IMG/VR virus record: IMGVR_UViG_3300011270_000006
Direction: 5' to 3' (one strand)
DNA length: 64,000 nt
DNA from: a virus
Part shown: piece after piece, positions 19,099 to 27,364 of the stretch
Layout: each line of letters starts with the position of its first letter
Position numbering within the stretch: the first letter of the stretch is position 1
Notes under the pieces: model-generated
The model's input: only the letters and a program-made list of their open reading frames with translations
What the model was told of the DNA's origin: nothing
Databases searched by the model: none
Position numbers and translations under genes: made by a program

Positions 19099-19521
19099 AT
19101 GGCACACGCATATTATCATGCCAGAAGTAGTGCCAGGCGGTTTGGCGGCGTCTACACCGATTACATGGAACTTCATGAGTACATGGACCATACGAAAGCT
19201 CATATCGGCGATAACCGCCACCGCCTGTTACTGCATAACACTTGGGGTATCTATCTGGTAGAACGTATCTTTGGTGCTGTCTGGACACGTACATCCGATG
19301 GACAGGCAGTACCAACTCGCGCAATCCTGGAGCAACATGTTCTTGAGGATTTGCGTTGTATTCCATCATTAGAGCAGTGTTTTGCGAATGTGCCTATAGA
19401 GAACTGGCAATTTCGCAAAGCGCTGCCTTTATCGCAAGAGGATTGGAGTGAGGATGATGAAGCAGACAACACTAACCCGGCAACAACTAGTACAACTGAC
19501 GAAGGAGTATCAAGCACTTGA
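19099..19521 (+). CDS. hypothetical protein
   Basis: ORF 140 aa with low-complexity acidic tail. Confidence 0.45.
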   Translation: MAHAYYHARSSARRFGGVYTDYMELHEYMDHTKAHIGDNRHRLLLHNTWGIYLVERIFGAVWTRTSDGQAVPTRAILEQHVLEDLRCIPSLEQCFANVPIENWQFRKALPLSQEDWSEDDEADNTNPATTSTTDEGVSST

Positions 19522-19978
19522 AGACTGGATGATTATCCGTGATTTCTGCGCACAGGTGTATGGTGAAGGAAAAGCCGCCAAAGTTGAAACCGAAACCGAT
19601 GGAGAGTATAACGATGAGGGTGGCACTAATTACAGTGTGAGCCACATTACTGCCTATGACGCCAAAGGTGACGAACTCGAATTTGACTTGAAACTCCTAT
19701 TCTGGACACACTCTCACTTTTTGGATGATCAAGGCAAATTTGGCAACATCCCAGGTGAAACTAGCGAAGATGGCGACGATCCGCAAGATGCGGCACTGGA
19801 GGCGTTGAAGGACTATAGCCCCTGGCGCGATGAGGACAAGGCACTTGCTGAGAAGCACGGATGGATTGAATGGGGGAACCTACCAGTCGATGAGCACAAT
19901 GGAGGTAATACCACCTACGATCTCACCACTCAGCCAGCAATTAGTTTCCCAGTCATCTATGCGGCAACCGCCGATTGA
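19454..19978 (+). CDS. hypothetical acidic protein
   Basis: ATG at 19454 with RBS GGAG; overlaps the previous gene by 68 nt in another frame. Confidence 0.45.
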   Translation: MMKQTTLTRQQLVQLTKEYQALEDWMIIRDFCAQVYGEGKAAKVETETDGEYNDEGGTNYSVSHITAYDAKGDELEFDLKLLFWTHSHFLDDQGKFGNIPGETSEDGDDPQDAALEALKDYSPWRDEDKALAEKHGWIEWGNLPVDEHNGGNTTYDLTTQPAISFPVIYAATAD

Positions 19979-20122
19979 CAAGGACGAGAACAACGTGTAA
20001 TATGCACGACGGAGTACAGATTAAGCCTGAATTTGAGACTGAGACAGAGTAGCAGATTCTTACTCCAGACTTAACTCTGCTGCCTTCCAGAAAGACGCAG
20101 CACAGGCGTTAACCTCGTAGTC

Positions 20123-20161
20123 GATGGTTCGAATCCATCTCTCCCGTCCAACATCGGGAGA
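20123..20161 (+). other. tRNA-like 3' module (T-arm, acceptor 3' strand, discriminator, CCA) followed 4 nt later by the complementary 5' acceptor strand
   Basis: GATGG-TTCGAAT-CCATC (perfect T-arm with canonical T-loop), TCTCCCG, T, CCA, acat, CGGGAGA; no complementary 5' strand exists upstream (no GGG anywhere in 20041-20110). Confidence 0.45.
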
Positions 20162-20364
20162 TACGCTCAGTGGCAGAGTGGACGAGCATCAACAACCGCC
20201 TACAACAACGTTGGAATGGAACAAGCAGCAATTGCTAGCATTAGCCGAATGGTAAAGGCACTAGTTTCAACAACTAGACCCGAATAGGGAGTACAGGTCC
20301 AATTCCTGTATGCAATAGCAAAAGACCGACTCGGATTGGGCATTTTCGAGTCGGTCGCTTTTAT
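20155..20364 (+). ncRNA. candidate structured RNA (~205 nt) starting with an acceptor-like 5' strand and D-arm-like GCTCAGTGGCAGAGT, ending in an intrinsic terminator
   Basis: Several local hairpins (CTAG..CTAG, TACAGG..CCTGTA) and a terminator at 20324-20364; no ORF. Confidence 0.3.
20324..20364 (+). terminator. intrinsic terminator
   Basis: GACCGACTCG-gattgggcatttt-CGAGTCGGTC, a 10-bp perfect stem, followed by GCTTTTAT. Confidence 0.6.
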
Positions 20365-20380
20365 ACACAATGCCAGCCAT

Positions 20381-20523
20381 GTCGCCGATAGTATAGAGGC
20401 TCAGTACGCCCGTATCCTTCTCGGATAGTGTGCATATGCCGAGACATCAACCCATCCTCGATAGCTACAAGGGTGAGCGATGCCAGATATGAGGAAACGC
20501 CGGTTCAAATCCAGCTTGGCGGC
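20381..20523 (+). ncRNA. tRNA-like element with about 70-nt insertion (possible degenerate or intron-containing tRNA)
   Basis: 5' TCGCCGA-TA-GTAT-AGAGGCTCA-GTAC (acceptor, U8 A9, D-arm with GG) and 3' GCCGG-TTCAAAT-CCAGC-TTGGCGG; acceptor pairs with two G-U wobbles. No canonical anticodon arm; the TATCC/GGATA hairpin has a 5-nt loop. Confidence 0.3.
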
Positions 20524-20564
20524 TCCAAACAGCAACAGAGGCAAGAAGGTATGCCAATGCTTGC

Positions 20565-21143
20565 TTATCCTGGGAGAACTTCAGCCTGATCCATCTCACT
20601 TGTGATGTACATAAAAGGCGAACTCACGATACAGGTATGCCGCTCTGCCGCACTTAAAGCGCAATATAAACTCTTTAGCGGTGCCAAACCTAAATAATTC
20701 GTTGTATGCAATGAACCTATTGCAACTTCGCCTCCCTTGCCTACAGAATCATAATCATCTGCGGTATTGCATATATTGAACTCCTTACCAATCGTAAAGA
20801 GTTCACCATCCAGCGCTAGCAGAATACTCCCATCTAACTCATCACTGGGATATTCATTTTTCTTAAAGCAAGCTTGCAGCGATGGGACAAACTCAGAAAC
20901 AAGATACCTCACTTTATCTTGACCAGTAGTATATTTGGGCGTTACATGCTCATAGCGCAAAAGCTGGAGCATTCTCACCGCTCCGTTTGCACCGAATAAC
21001 ATGCCATCCTTTGCCCAGACCTTCGGTTCGCGTCTTACCGTTTGACTGACGCCTGAATGGTACTGACTCGGAACACTCCCCACAAACGAATCGCCAGCAA
21101 AATAGGCAATCCCGTTTTCAACGAGCGCGACAATACACGTCAT
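20565..21143 (-). CDS. HslV/proteasome-beta-like Ntn-hydrolase
   Basis: Mature N-terminus would be Thr: M-TCIVALVENGIAYFAGDS (compare HslV TTIVSVRRNGHVVIAGDGQ); later GSILLALDG and VGKGGEVAIGS segments match the fold; no HslU partner nearby. Confidence 0.5.
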   Translation of the reverse strand: MTCIVALVENGIAYFAGDSFVGSVPSQYHSGVSQTVRREPKVWAKDGMLFGANGAVRMLQLLRYEHVTPKYTTGQDKVRYLVSEFVPSLQACFKKNEYPSDELDGSILLALDGELFTIGKEFNICNTADDYDSVGKGGEVAIGSLHTTNYLGLAPLKSLYCALSAAERHTCIVSSPFMYITSEMDQAEVLPG

Positions 21144-21357
21144 AGTATTCTCCTCTTATTGTTTGGGGCATCATAACACGAATTGCAAGATACGCTTACT
21201 GACTTCGCTTGACCACCAAACACGCAGTAATGGTACCATTGCTCACATCACGGTCAAAAATTACAATTTGCTCATAATGGACGCTTGCTTGTTGAATTCA
21301 GGTCATCGCTGATATAGCATGTAATGGACCGAGAGAGAACCAACGTGAGGAGGAGTG

Positions 21358-21621
21358 ATGATACAACAGCCTGCAACAAAAATAAGTTTACAAGATGCTA
21401 GAGCGCAATTACGCGTCCCACAGAGAGTGCTCGCAGAACGTGCAAGGCTCTCGATAACAACGGTATGGCAATGTGAGCGAGGTGGATTCATCCAACTCAC
21501 AACACTCCATGCGCTCTTAGACGCTCTGAACAGTTTCAGGCGTGAACAGAACCTAAATCCGCTTGCGAGGGGCGATGTAGAGTGGAAAATTAGAGGGAAG
21601 AGAATTCGCATGAAGCACTAG
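21358..21621 (+). CDS. XRE-family helix-turn-helix regulator (Cro/CI-like)
   Basis: LRVPQRVLAERARLSITTVWQCERG matches the HTH_XRE pattern; RBS GAGGAGGAG. Confidence 0.55.
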   Translation: MIQQPATKISLQDARAQLRVPQRVLAERARLSITTVWQCERGGFIQLTTLHALLDALNSFRREQNLNPLARGDVEWKIRGKRIRMKH

Positions 21622-21753
21622 ACAACAAAAGAGGACCGCCTGCCTGGAAACGAGCGATCCTGTCTTTTATTTGCTTCTGTATGCCGCCACGTCACAGCAG
21701 CTTTGTCTCATTTTACCTTCTCACGCAACGAGAGTCAAGGAAATCAATCTATT

Positions 21754-21774
21754 GGTAGGTAGGTAGGTAGGTAG
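21754..21774. repeat. (GGTA)5 tetranucleotide microsatellite
   Basis: ggtaggtaggtaggtaggtag seen directly, in the intergenic region upstream of the gene starting at 21922. Confidence 0.9.
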
Positions 21775-21921
21775 TAGGGAGGATGCGCGGTGCATCAACG
21801 CTCATATTTGTACACACGACGAACATCCTCCTCCATAGCATGCATGCGGTTAGATACTATCATGAGTAGCGATCCATTTAGTATCATCATTGATGCACAG
21901 ATTACCACAAGAGGAGAGAGC

Positions 21922-22848
21922 ATGGTGCAGCAAAAATATGTTTTGAGTGAACAGCAGAAGTTTTTTCTGCTAGAACTCTACGACGGTACCACCGAACGGA
22001 TTGAGATGCTTGCACGACACCATCTCTTTCACGGTGTCCCTCGGTGGAAAATGCGTCAATGGGCAGTCGAACTAGGACTTGCGAGATCTCGTGATCCCAG
22101 ATGGACGAAAGAGGATGAGAACTACTTGGAGCGTAATCTCCACAGAGAAAGTGTGCAAGATATCGCCGACCATCTCGGACGCACGGACACTGCGGTCAAA
22201 CTGAAAGCCAAGCGACTGGGCGTCAATAAATGCGACCAAGAAGGCTATACTCAGCGTGGTCTTTGCGCAGGTTTAGGTTGCAATCATCGCAAAATCAAAC
22301 GTTGGATCTCGAATGGCTGGCTCAAAGGATCTCGCCGACAGACTGAGCGGGCAGTTGACGATACGTGGTATTTTAGCGATTTCGCTATTTATCAGTTCAT
22401 TAAGGAGCATCCTGAAGAAATCGATCCGCGTCGGGCAGATTGGCTCTGGCTCGTTGACATCATGGCAGGTGGAGTTGGGGAACTCGGACACGAGTTCGAA
22501 TCTGCACCTCGCACAAACAGATTTCTCCATCCTCCTGCAACACCATCATCAGAGGAACACGCAAGAATGAGAGTTGAATATCCCGAAAAACTACGCTCTG
22601 CAACCCGGTTTGCACTCATGAAGTTTGTCAAGTGGCCGATCTCTCGGCACATGACCGTCAGCAAAGGGGAAGTGATCAGGCGCATGGGTGCTGTCCTCAT
22701 GTCCCACAGTGGTGTCGAGAGGTTCGTAAATGGGGCTAGTGTTCCCTACATCGTCGATGGCGGCAATGGCTATGTCCAGTGCGGCAATTATCGCCTGAGC
22801 TTTGATCAAAACCTTTCACCAATAATGGGGGACTACTATGGATCTTGA
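21922..22848 (+). CDS. hypothetical protein with two HTH-like segments
   Basis: Start at 21922 with strong RBS GAGGAGAGAG; WTKEDENYLERNLHRESVQDIADHLGRTDTAVKLKAKRLGV resembles a sigma-region-4/Myb-type HTH. Confidence 0.5.
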   Translation: MVQQKYVLSEQQKFFLLELYDGTTERIEMLARHHLFHGVPRWKMRQWAVELGLARSRDPRWTKEDENYLERNLHRESVQDIADHLGRTDTAVKLKAKRLGVNKCDQEGYTQRGLCAGLGCNHRKIKRWISNGWLKGSRRQTERAVDDTWYFSDFAIYQFIKEHPEEIDPRRADWLWLVDIMAGGVGELGHEFESAPRTNRFLHPPATPSSEEHARMRVEYPEKLRSATRFALMKFVKWPISRHMTVSKGEVIRRMGAVLMSHSGVERFVNGASVPYIVDGGNGYVQCGNYRLSFDQNLSPIMGDYYGS

Positions 22849-23239
22849 GAAAGCGCGGTTAATGCGTGTCCAATTAGCCATGAACGTGCTCAACAACACC
22901 TTCATCGCGACACAAGCGCACATTGCCATGATCCAAGCCACTGAAGTGAAGCAACCACCGCCAATGGTGTTACGCAACCTCACGAAGACCTGCGAGTGCA
23001 ATCCTGCGCAGTGGGAAGCCGTCAATGAGCGAGGTGAGGACGTGTATATCCGCTATCGCTTTGACAATCTCACGGTGCATTGCCCGTACAGCGAAAATGC
23101 CACCAATGAAGAGTTCTACGCTGCCAAGATCTTTGAACTCGACGAGGTATGCGGCGATAGCATGGTGGGCGTGATGGAAACGGCTGAGATGCTGGCACTC
23201 ACCGGGTACACGGTGGCAGAGGAGGAGCAAGCGGTATGA
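22838..23239 (+). CDS. hypothetical protein
   Basis: ORF 133 aa. Confidence 0.45.
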   Translation: MDLEKARLMRVQLAMNVLNNTFIATQAHIAMIQATEVKQPPPMVLRNLTKTCECNPAQWEAVNERGEDVYIRYRFDNLTVHCPYSENATNEEFYAAKIFELDEVCGDSMVGVMETAEMLALTGYTVAEEEQAV

Positions 23240-23373
23240 TTATCCTTCTCATCTTGCCTTTCCTGCTTGCTGATGTGCTCTTTCGTCTCGTGCCTGCCTC
23301 GTGGACTACGGCAGCCATCATCATCTGGTGTGCAGCCACGTTCGCCCAACCAGCAAAGGAGGTGCGATCTTGA
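23236..23373 (+). CDS. small hydrophobic protein (45 aa), not in the ORF track
   Basis: ATGA overlap with the upstream stop; MIILLILPFLLADVLFRLVPASW... is TM-like. Confidence 0.3.
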   Translation: MIILLILPFLLADVLFRLVPASWTTAAIIIWCAATFAQPAKEVRS

Positions 23374-23606
23374 GTACAAGCTTCGCCCTTTTCGTGATCC
23401 TCGTTGCTTGGATCTTCCAGGTAATCCCGACAAACGTGGTATCCTGGCTGCTCGTCGCCTGGTGCATCATCACCTTGCTAGAGCCGCTACAACCGCGACG
23501 ACAAGGCTACCAGCCGCCGGTAAAGCCACAACAGCGGGATGAGCCGACGCAAAGCGTCAGTGGTGCCTTTCCCTATCAAGACGAGGAAGAGGAGGTGCAG
23601 CAGTGA
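23370..23606 (+). CDS. small two-TM membrane protein
   Basis: Putative TTG start 7 nt after RBS AAGGAGGTG; ILSTSFALFVILVAWIFQVIP...WLLVAWCIITLL. Confidence 0.35.
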   Translation: MSTSFALFVILVAWIFQVIPTNVVSWLLVAWCIITLLEPLQPRRQGYQPPVKPQQRDEPTQSVSGAFPYQDEEEEVQQ

Positions 23607-23827
23607 AACCATATACACTGCCAATCTATCTTCAGTGCGTAGCGATACTCATTGTGGTGATCGGGGTCATCGGCGACCTTGTATACCACACATCTATGAC
23701 CTTCTCCGTCGCCATGCTCATCATTGGAGCGGCTACGAGCGTGCTGGTGAGCGTGCTGGTGTGGCTCAGAGCATACAAGGATCGCGCAAAAATACGACAG
23801 TACTGGCGAGAGCAGGAGGCAGTATGA
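23603..23827 (+). CDS. small two-TM membrane protein
   Basis: 74 aa; AILIVVIGVIGDLVY...MLIIGAATSVLVSVLVWL. Confidence 0.45.
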   Translation: MKPYTLPIYLQCVAILIVVIGVIGDLVYHTSMTFSVAMLIIGAATSVLVSVLVWLRAYKDRAKIRQYWREQEAV

Positions 23828-24189
23828 CAAAGCACACGATTTGTCCCAATTGCGGCAATGCCACCATCTCATCATTTGCTCATCGTGAGCAGCGGATGCG
23901 CGGCCAAACCGTCTGTCACGGCAATAGCGCGATGCCCTGCCTGCCCATTGTCCATCTCGCTACCGTACACAACACCGCTTCTGTCGGACTCTCACGTGAG
24001 GAAACAGACTACCTGATCCTGACGCTTTACCAACACATGGCCGTTGTCGGAATCCGTGAGCAACCAGTAGAAGACGGTAGCCAGATGGCGGCGTACGGTG
24101 ACACGGCATTTGCGCAGGCGCTGGTTGCGAAACTCATGCCGTTCGCTCATCAGCGAGTAACGGTAACACCAGAGTTGAGGCGAGAATAG
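23824..24189 (+). CDS. zinc-ribbon protein
   Basis: Start at 23824 with RBS GAGCAGGAGG; CPNCGN...C..C. Confidence 0.45.
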   Translation: MTKHTICPNCGNATISSFAHREQRMRGQTVCHGNSAMPCLPIVHLATVHNTASVGLSREETDYLILTLYQHMAVVGIREQPVEDGSQMAAYGDTAFAQALVAKLMPFAHQRVTVTPELRRE

Positions 24190-24197
24190 GAGAGGAC

Positions 24198-24845
24198 ATG
24201 AGCAAAGAAACCTTCACTATCACGCAACACCACCTTGATCTTCTGCGCAACGCCGTTCTTCGATGGAATGATGGGGAATTTGGCGCACCGGGCATTGATC
24301 CCAAGTGTCCATACGGCAACTCAGTTGGGATCTACAGCGACATAGCGGCGATCCTGCACATCAAACCAGAAGGCGACGAAGACAGTTTCACGGCTGACCA
24401 AGAGGACCAGATGAGACGAATGCACGATAGCACACTCATCGTCCTCCAGATAGCCATCGATACAGGGTGTATGGCAATTGGAACCTACAGGCGGGTATCA
24501 ACAGAAGATGGATGGCGATGGGTACGCGAAGACGAGACGGTATCCGACGAAGCCGATGAGCCAATTATCGCGCACATTACTGCATTTATCCGAAGCCTTT
24601 GTGACATGGACTGTCCGCCAGCCTTTGTGCTAGACAAAGCATTCACGTACGCTCTCAAGATGCAGGCTGAGATAGCCTATCAAGATATGAGCCGCGAAGC
24701 GATAAGATTCGGAGGAGGAACGGTGGACATGGGTATGAGCGAGTCGAATACCGTGTGGATGCTACAAGCCGCAATGTGGATGAAAAAGGCAATCAGCGCT
24801 GACCACCGTCTCGTCAACTATCTTCGCACGGGGGCAAAAGCATGA
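24198..24845 (+). CDS. hypothetical protein
   Basis: ORF 215 aa. Confidence 0.5.
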   Translation: MSKETFTITQHHLDLLRNAVLRWNDGEFGAPGIDPKCPYGNSVGIYSDIAAILHIKPEGDEDSFTADQEDQMRRMHDSTLIVLQIAIDTGCMAIGTYRRVSTEDGWRWVREDETVSDEADEPIIAHITAFIRSLCDMDCPPAFVLDKAFTYALKMQAEIAYQDMSREAIRFGGGTVDMGMSESNTVWMLQAAMWMKKAISADHRLVNYLRTGAKA

Positions 24846-25402
24846 TTGAGCAAGCTACCATCAAATACTGCAAACGCTGTGCCGATATGGGACGCGAAGC
24901 CACTCATCCACTCACGGCGTTTAACAAGAACAAGAGCATGCCTGACGGTTTGGGCTTCTATTGCCGCCAGTGCGAACATGAGCGAACCAGCCTCTATCGA
25001 GTGCGCAACGCAGATGCCATAAGACAGCGTACACGCGTCGCAGCACTCTCACCTGAGCAACGTGCCTATAGACAGACAAAAGCGCTAGAAATGTACCACA
25101 GACACAAAGAAGAGCATCGGGACGAGGCAAGAGAACGATCAAGACGCTATTATGGTGAGCGCAGAGACACCCCTGAGCAGAAGTTGAAAAACAAGCTGCA
25201 CAATGAACGATACTACACACAGCACAAGGCAAAGGCACATGCAGCACACCGTGACTACCAGCACCGTAAGCAAATCCTGACGACCTTGCTGGTCTGGACG
25301 CTGCAATCACCGAACCGGTTGCAGGTATTTCCTACACTCTACGCCACGTTTAGCCAGGCCGTCTATGTACGTTCGACAAAAAGCGAGGATACATCAGCAT
25401 GA
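24842..25402 (+). CDS. hypothetical protein with N-terminal Cys4 ribbon
   Basis: CKRCADMG...YCRQCEHE; ATGA overlap with the upstream gene. Confidence 0.5.
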   Translation: MIEQATIKYCKRCADMGREATHPLTAFNKNKSMPDGLGFYCRQCEHERTSLYRVRNADAIRQRTRVAALSPEQRAYRQTKALEMYHRHKEEHRDEARERSRRYYGERRDTPEQKLKNKLHNERYYTQHKAKAHAAHRDYQHRKQILTTLLVWTLQSPNRLQVFPTLYATFSQAVYVRSTKSEDTSA

Positions 25403-25614
25403 CAGATCGCTATAGCGGCTATGTCGTCATCCTGGAGGACAACATTCGAGATGACGATGCGCAGGATACCATCAATGCCATCAAGCAAATTAAAGGCGTA
25501 CTTGATGTGACACCAATTGTGAGTGATTTCGCCACCATGATTGCGGAGAAACGCGCAAGAATAGGCTTGCTGCAAAAGATGATAACGATTATCAATGACG
25601 ATGCGCAACCATGA
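25399..25614 (+). CDS. hypothetical protein
   Basis: ORF 71 aa, ATGA-coupled. Confidence 0.4.
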   Translation: MTDRYSGYVVILEDNIRDDDAQDTINAIKQIKGVLDVTPIVSDFATMIAEKRARIGLLQKMITIINDDAQP

Positions 25615-25907
25615 CACATCCAACAAACGCCCGTGACGCACAGTTTACAAAGTTTGCGGAATTGCTTGCCGAGGAGCTAAAGACTCATGGACTTCTGGAT
25701 CTTGGGAACAGGATGCTCCCACTGGTGAATGTCGATCTTGACTACGAAGAGGTGAAACGTATTATCACCCAACGAGCCTACGACTTGGCATACCATGTGA
25801 TCGACTCCTGTAATGATCAAGAGTCTGCGATGATGTCCGATGTCAATCATATCGATGTTGATAGTATGCTACCTAATGTGCCAGACATGACCGAGTGGCC
25901 GGGATGA
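25611..25907 (+). CDS. hypothetical protein
   Basis: ORF 98 aa, ATGA-coupled. Confidence 0.45.
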   Translation: MTHPTNARDAQFTKFAELLAEELKTHGLLDLGNRMLPLVNVDLDYEEVKRIITQRAYDLAYHVIDSCNDQESAMMSDVNHIDVDSMLPNVPDMTEWPG

Positions 25908-26236
25908 TAGCGAATTGGTGGCTCTTTCGGGCATGGCTTCTATGCCAGCCTAGCGGCGTAGAGGTAGGCTATACATGGTTTCCAGACGGGTCGCCGATTG
26001 CACGTTGGCTTGAATATGAAACGGGCAAGGAGTACGAGATCTGGCAAGACAACTACAATGTGCTCGGTGCAGACGAGATGGACGATTTGCCACTGCCATT
26101 CTGGGTACATCTCTATCATCCACTTGTTGATGGGCGCAAGGATCGCTACGGATCGCCGATTTACCGTGAGCATGCGCTGAGGATACTGGAATTCGTTGAA
26201 TATGGGATGGCACAACAAATGTTGAAAGAAAAGTGA
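25895..26236 (+). CDS. hypothetical protein
   Basis: ORF 113 aa. Confidence 0.45.
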   Translation: MAGMIANWWLFRAWLLCQPSGVEVGYTWFPDGSPIARWLEYETGKEYEIWQDNYNVLGADEMDDLPLPFWVHLYHPLVDGRKDRYGSPIYREHALRILEFVEYGMAQQMLKEK

Positions 26237-26502
26237 TGAGTGAGATTGAACGAGCGTATGTGCGTGCTCAACAGCAACTTCACATGCAGGCTTTGGAGGC
26301 GGCAAATCTCAAAATACAGGTAATCCGTGCGTACATGGCGGATCATTGGCCCCATGTGCGCTTTGAGGCGCGTACGCTCAAGAGCGACATGCTCACGGTA
26401 GATCTTTGCTTTCCAGGTTCAGGAATCAGGCTCTCTCGTGCGCTGGCAAGTGAGTTGGGCGTCTATTTAGAGCGGTTGTTAGAGGTTGGTGATGAGATAT
26501 GA
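26233..26502 (+). CDS. hypothetical protein
   Basis: ORF 89 aa, ATGA-coupled. Confidence 0.45.
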   Translation: MMSEIERAYVRAQQQLHMQALEAANLKIQVIRAYMADHWPHVRFEARTLKSDMLTVDLCFPGSGIRLSRALASELGVYLERLLEVGDEI

Positions 26503-26960
26503 GTAACAAAAGTTGGAGTGAACAGGTGTCAGATCCTGGCACGAGTGGGCGCGGCCACGTTCTTGAGCCGAAGATAAAGTTCGTGAAGGGTGGCGGGTAC
26601 ATCGTTGAGCCAGTTGTTCCCATTGGCGCTATCATGCAGGCGATTACAGTGACGTGCCACGAGGGTTTGATTACTCAGGCATGGTATCACGAAACCGAAC
26701 TCGACGTAGAGCAGCACCCAGAACATCAGAAAACGATGGTGCATCTCACTGAGATCATTGATCTAGAATTTTCCTATCTGCCCGATGACCGGATTCAGGT
26801 AGACGGTTATATGCGGATTACAGACGCATATCTCGATAAACAGAGAAAGTTCCATGAACGCAGGCGTTGGCTCAAACGTGTGAATCCAACCCTTTATCGG
26901 ATGTGGACAAAAAATGTGGACAAAAAAGCCAACGGGCGTCAACAAGGCAGGAAAGCATGA
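26499..26960 (+). CDS. hypothetical protein
   Basis: ORF 153 aa. Confidence 0.5.
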   Translation: MSNKSWSEQVSDPGTSGRGHVLEPKIKFVKGGGYIVEPVVPIGAIMQAITVTCHEGLITQAWYHETELDVEQHPEHQKTMVHLTEIIDLEFSYLPDDRIQVDGYMRITDAYLDKQRKFHERRRWLKRVNPTLYRMWTKNVDKKANGRQQGRKA

Positions 26961-27364
26961 ACAACGATAACATTTGCGCACAATGTGGCGGCATTCTACG
27001 ACTTGAGTACACGATTGTTTTTGAGCAATGCAGCCCACACGAGATACGTTTAAATCTGGACAACGAACCTGATCGACCAATCAGGCTTTGCCCTGGGCAT
27101 CGTGAGCTTGCACAGGAGCATCATGATGGCATCCTGACTACGAACGAGGATCGACTTGACCATCACGAATACGTGGTTGAGTGGCGAGAGGCTGAGTTCG
27201 ACGGTCGAAATGTTGCCATCTTTGACCAGATGAGCTTCTCATCCAGTGGCACCTGTCTGTTATGGCCGCAGGAGGCACTGGAGTTGCTTACTTGGCTACA
27301 GCGAAACCGGGAGAGACTAGAGACATTGGCGAGGGAGCAAGAGGAAGTGAGGAAGCATGAATGA
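26957..27364 (+). CDS. hypothetical Cys-containing protein, paralog A
   Basis: MNNDNICAQCGGILRLEY... is similar in length and pattern to the next gene (MNDLTLCKECGGVIGVTY...). Confidence 0.5.
   Translation: MNNDNICAQCGGILRLEYTIVFEQCSPHEIRLNLDNEPDRPIRLCPGHRELAQEHHDGILTTNEDRLDHHEYVVEWREAEFDGRNVAIFDQMSFSSSGTCLLWPQEALELLTWLQRNRERLETLAREQEEVRKHE

Noticed and set aside
20062-20364. Two-piece (permuted) tmRNA gene
   Set aside because: The order and sizes fit, but the acceptor stem has G3-C70 rather than the universal G3-U70 alanine identity pair. No reading frame after the pseudoknot-like region ends in an ALAA/VAA-type tag; the candidates end ...LALAEW or ...RPE. I kept it as a permuted tRNA-like RNA of unknown class.
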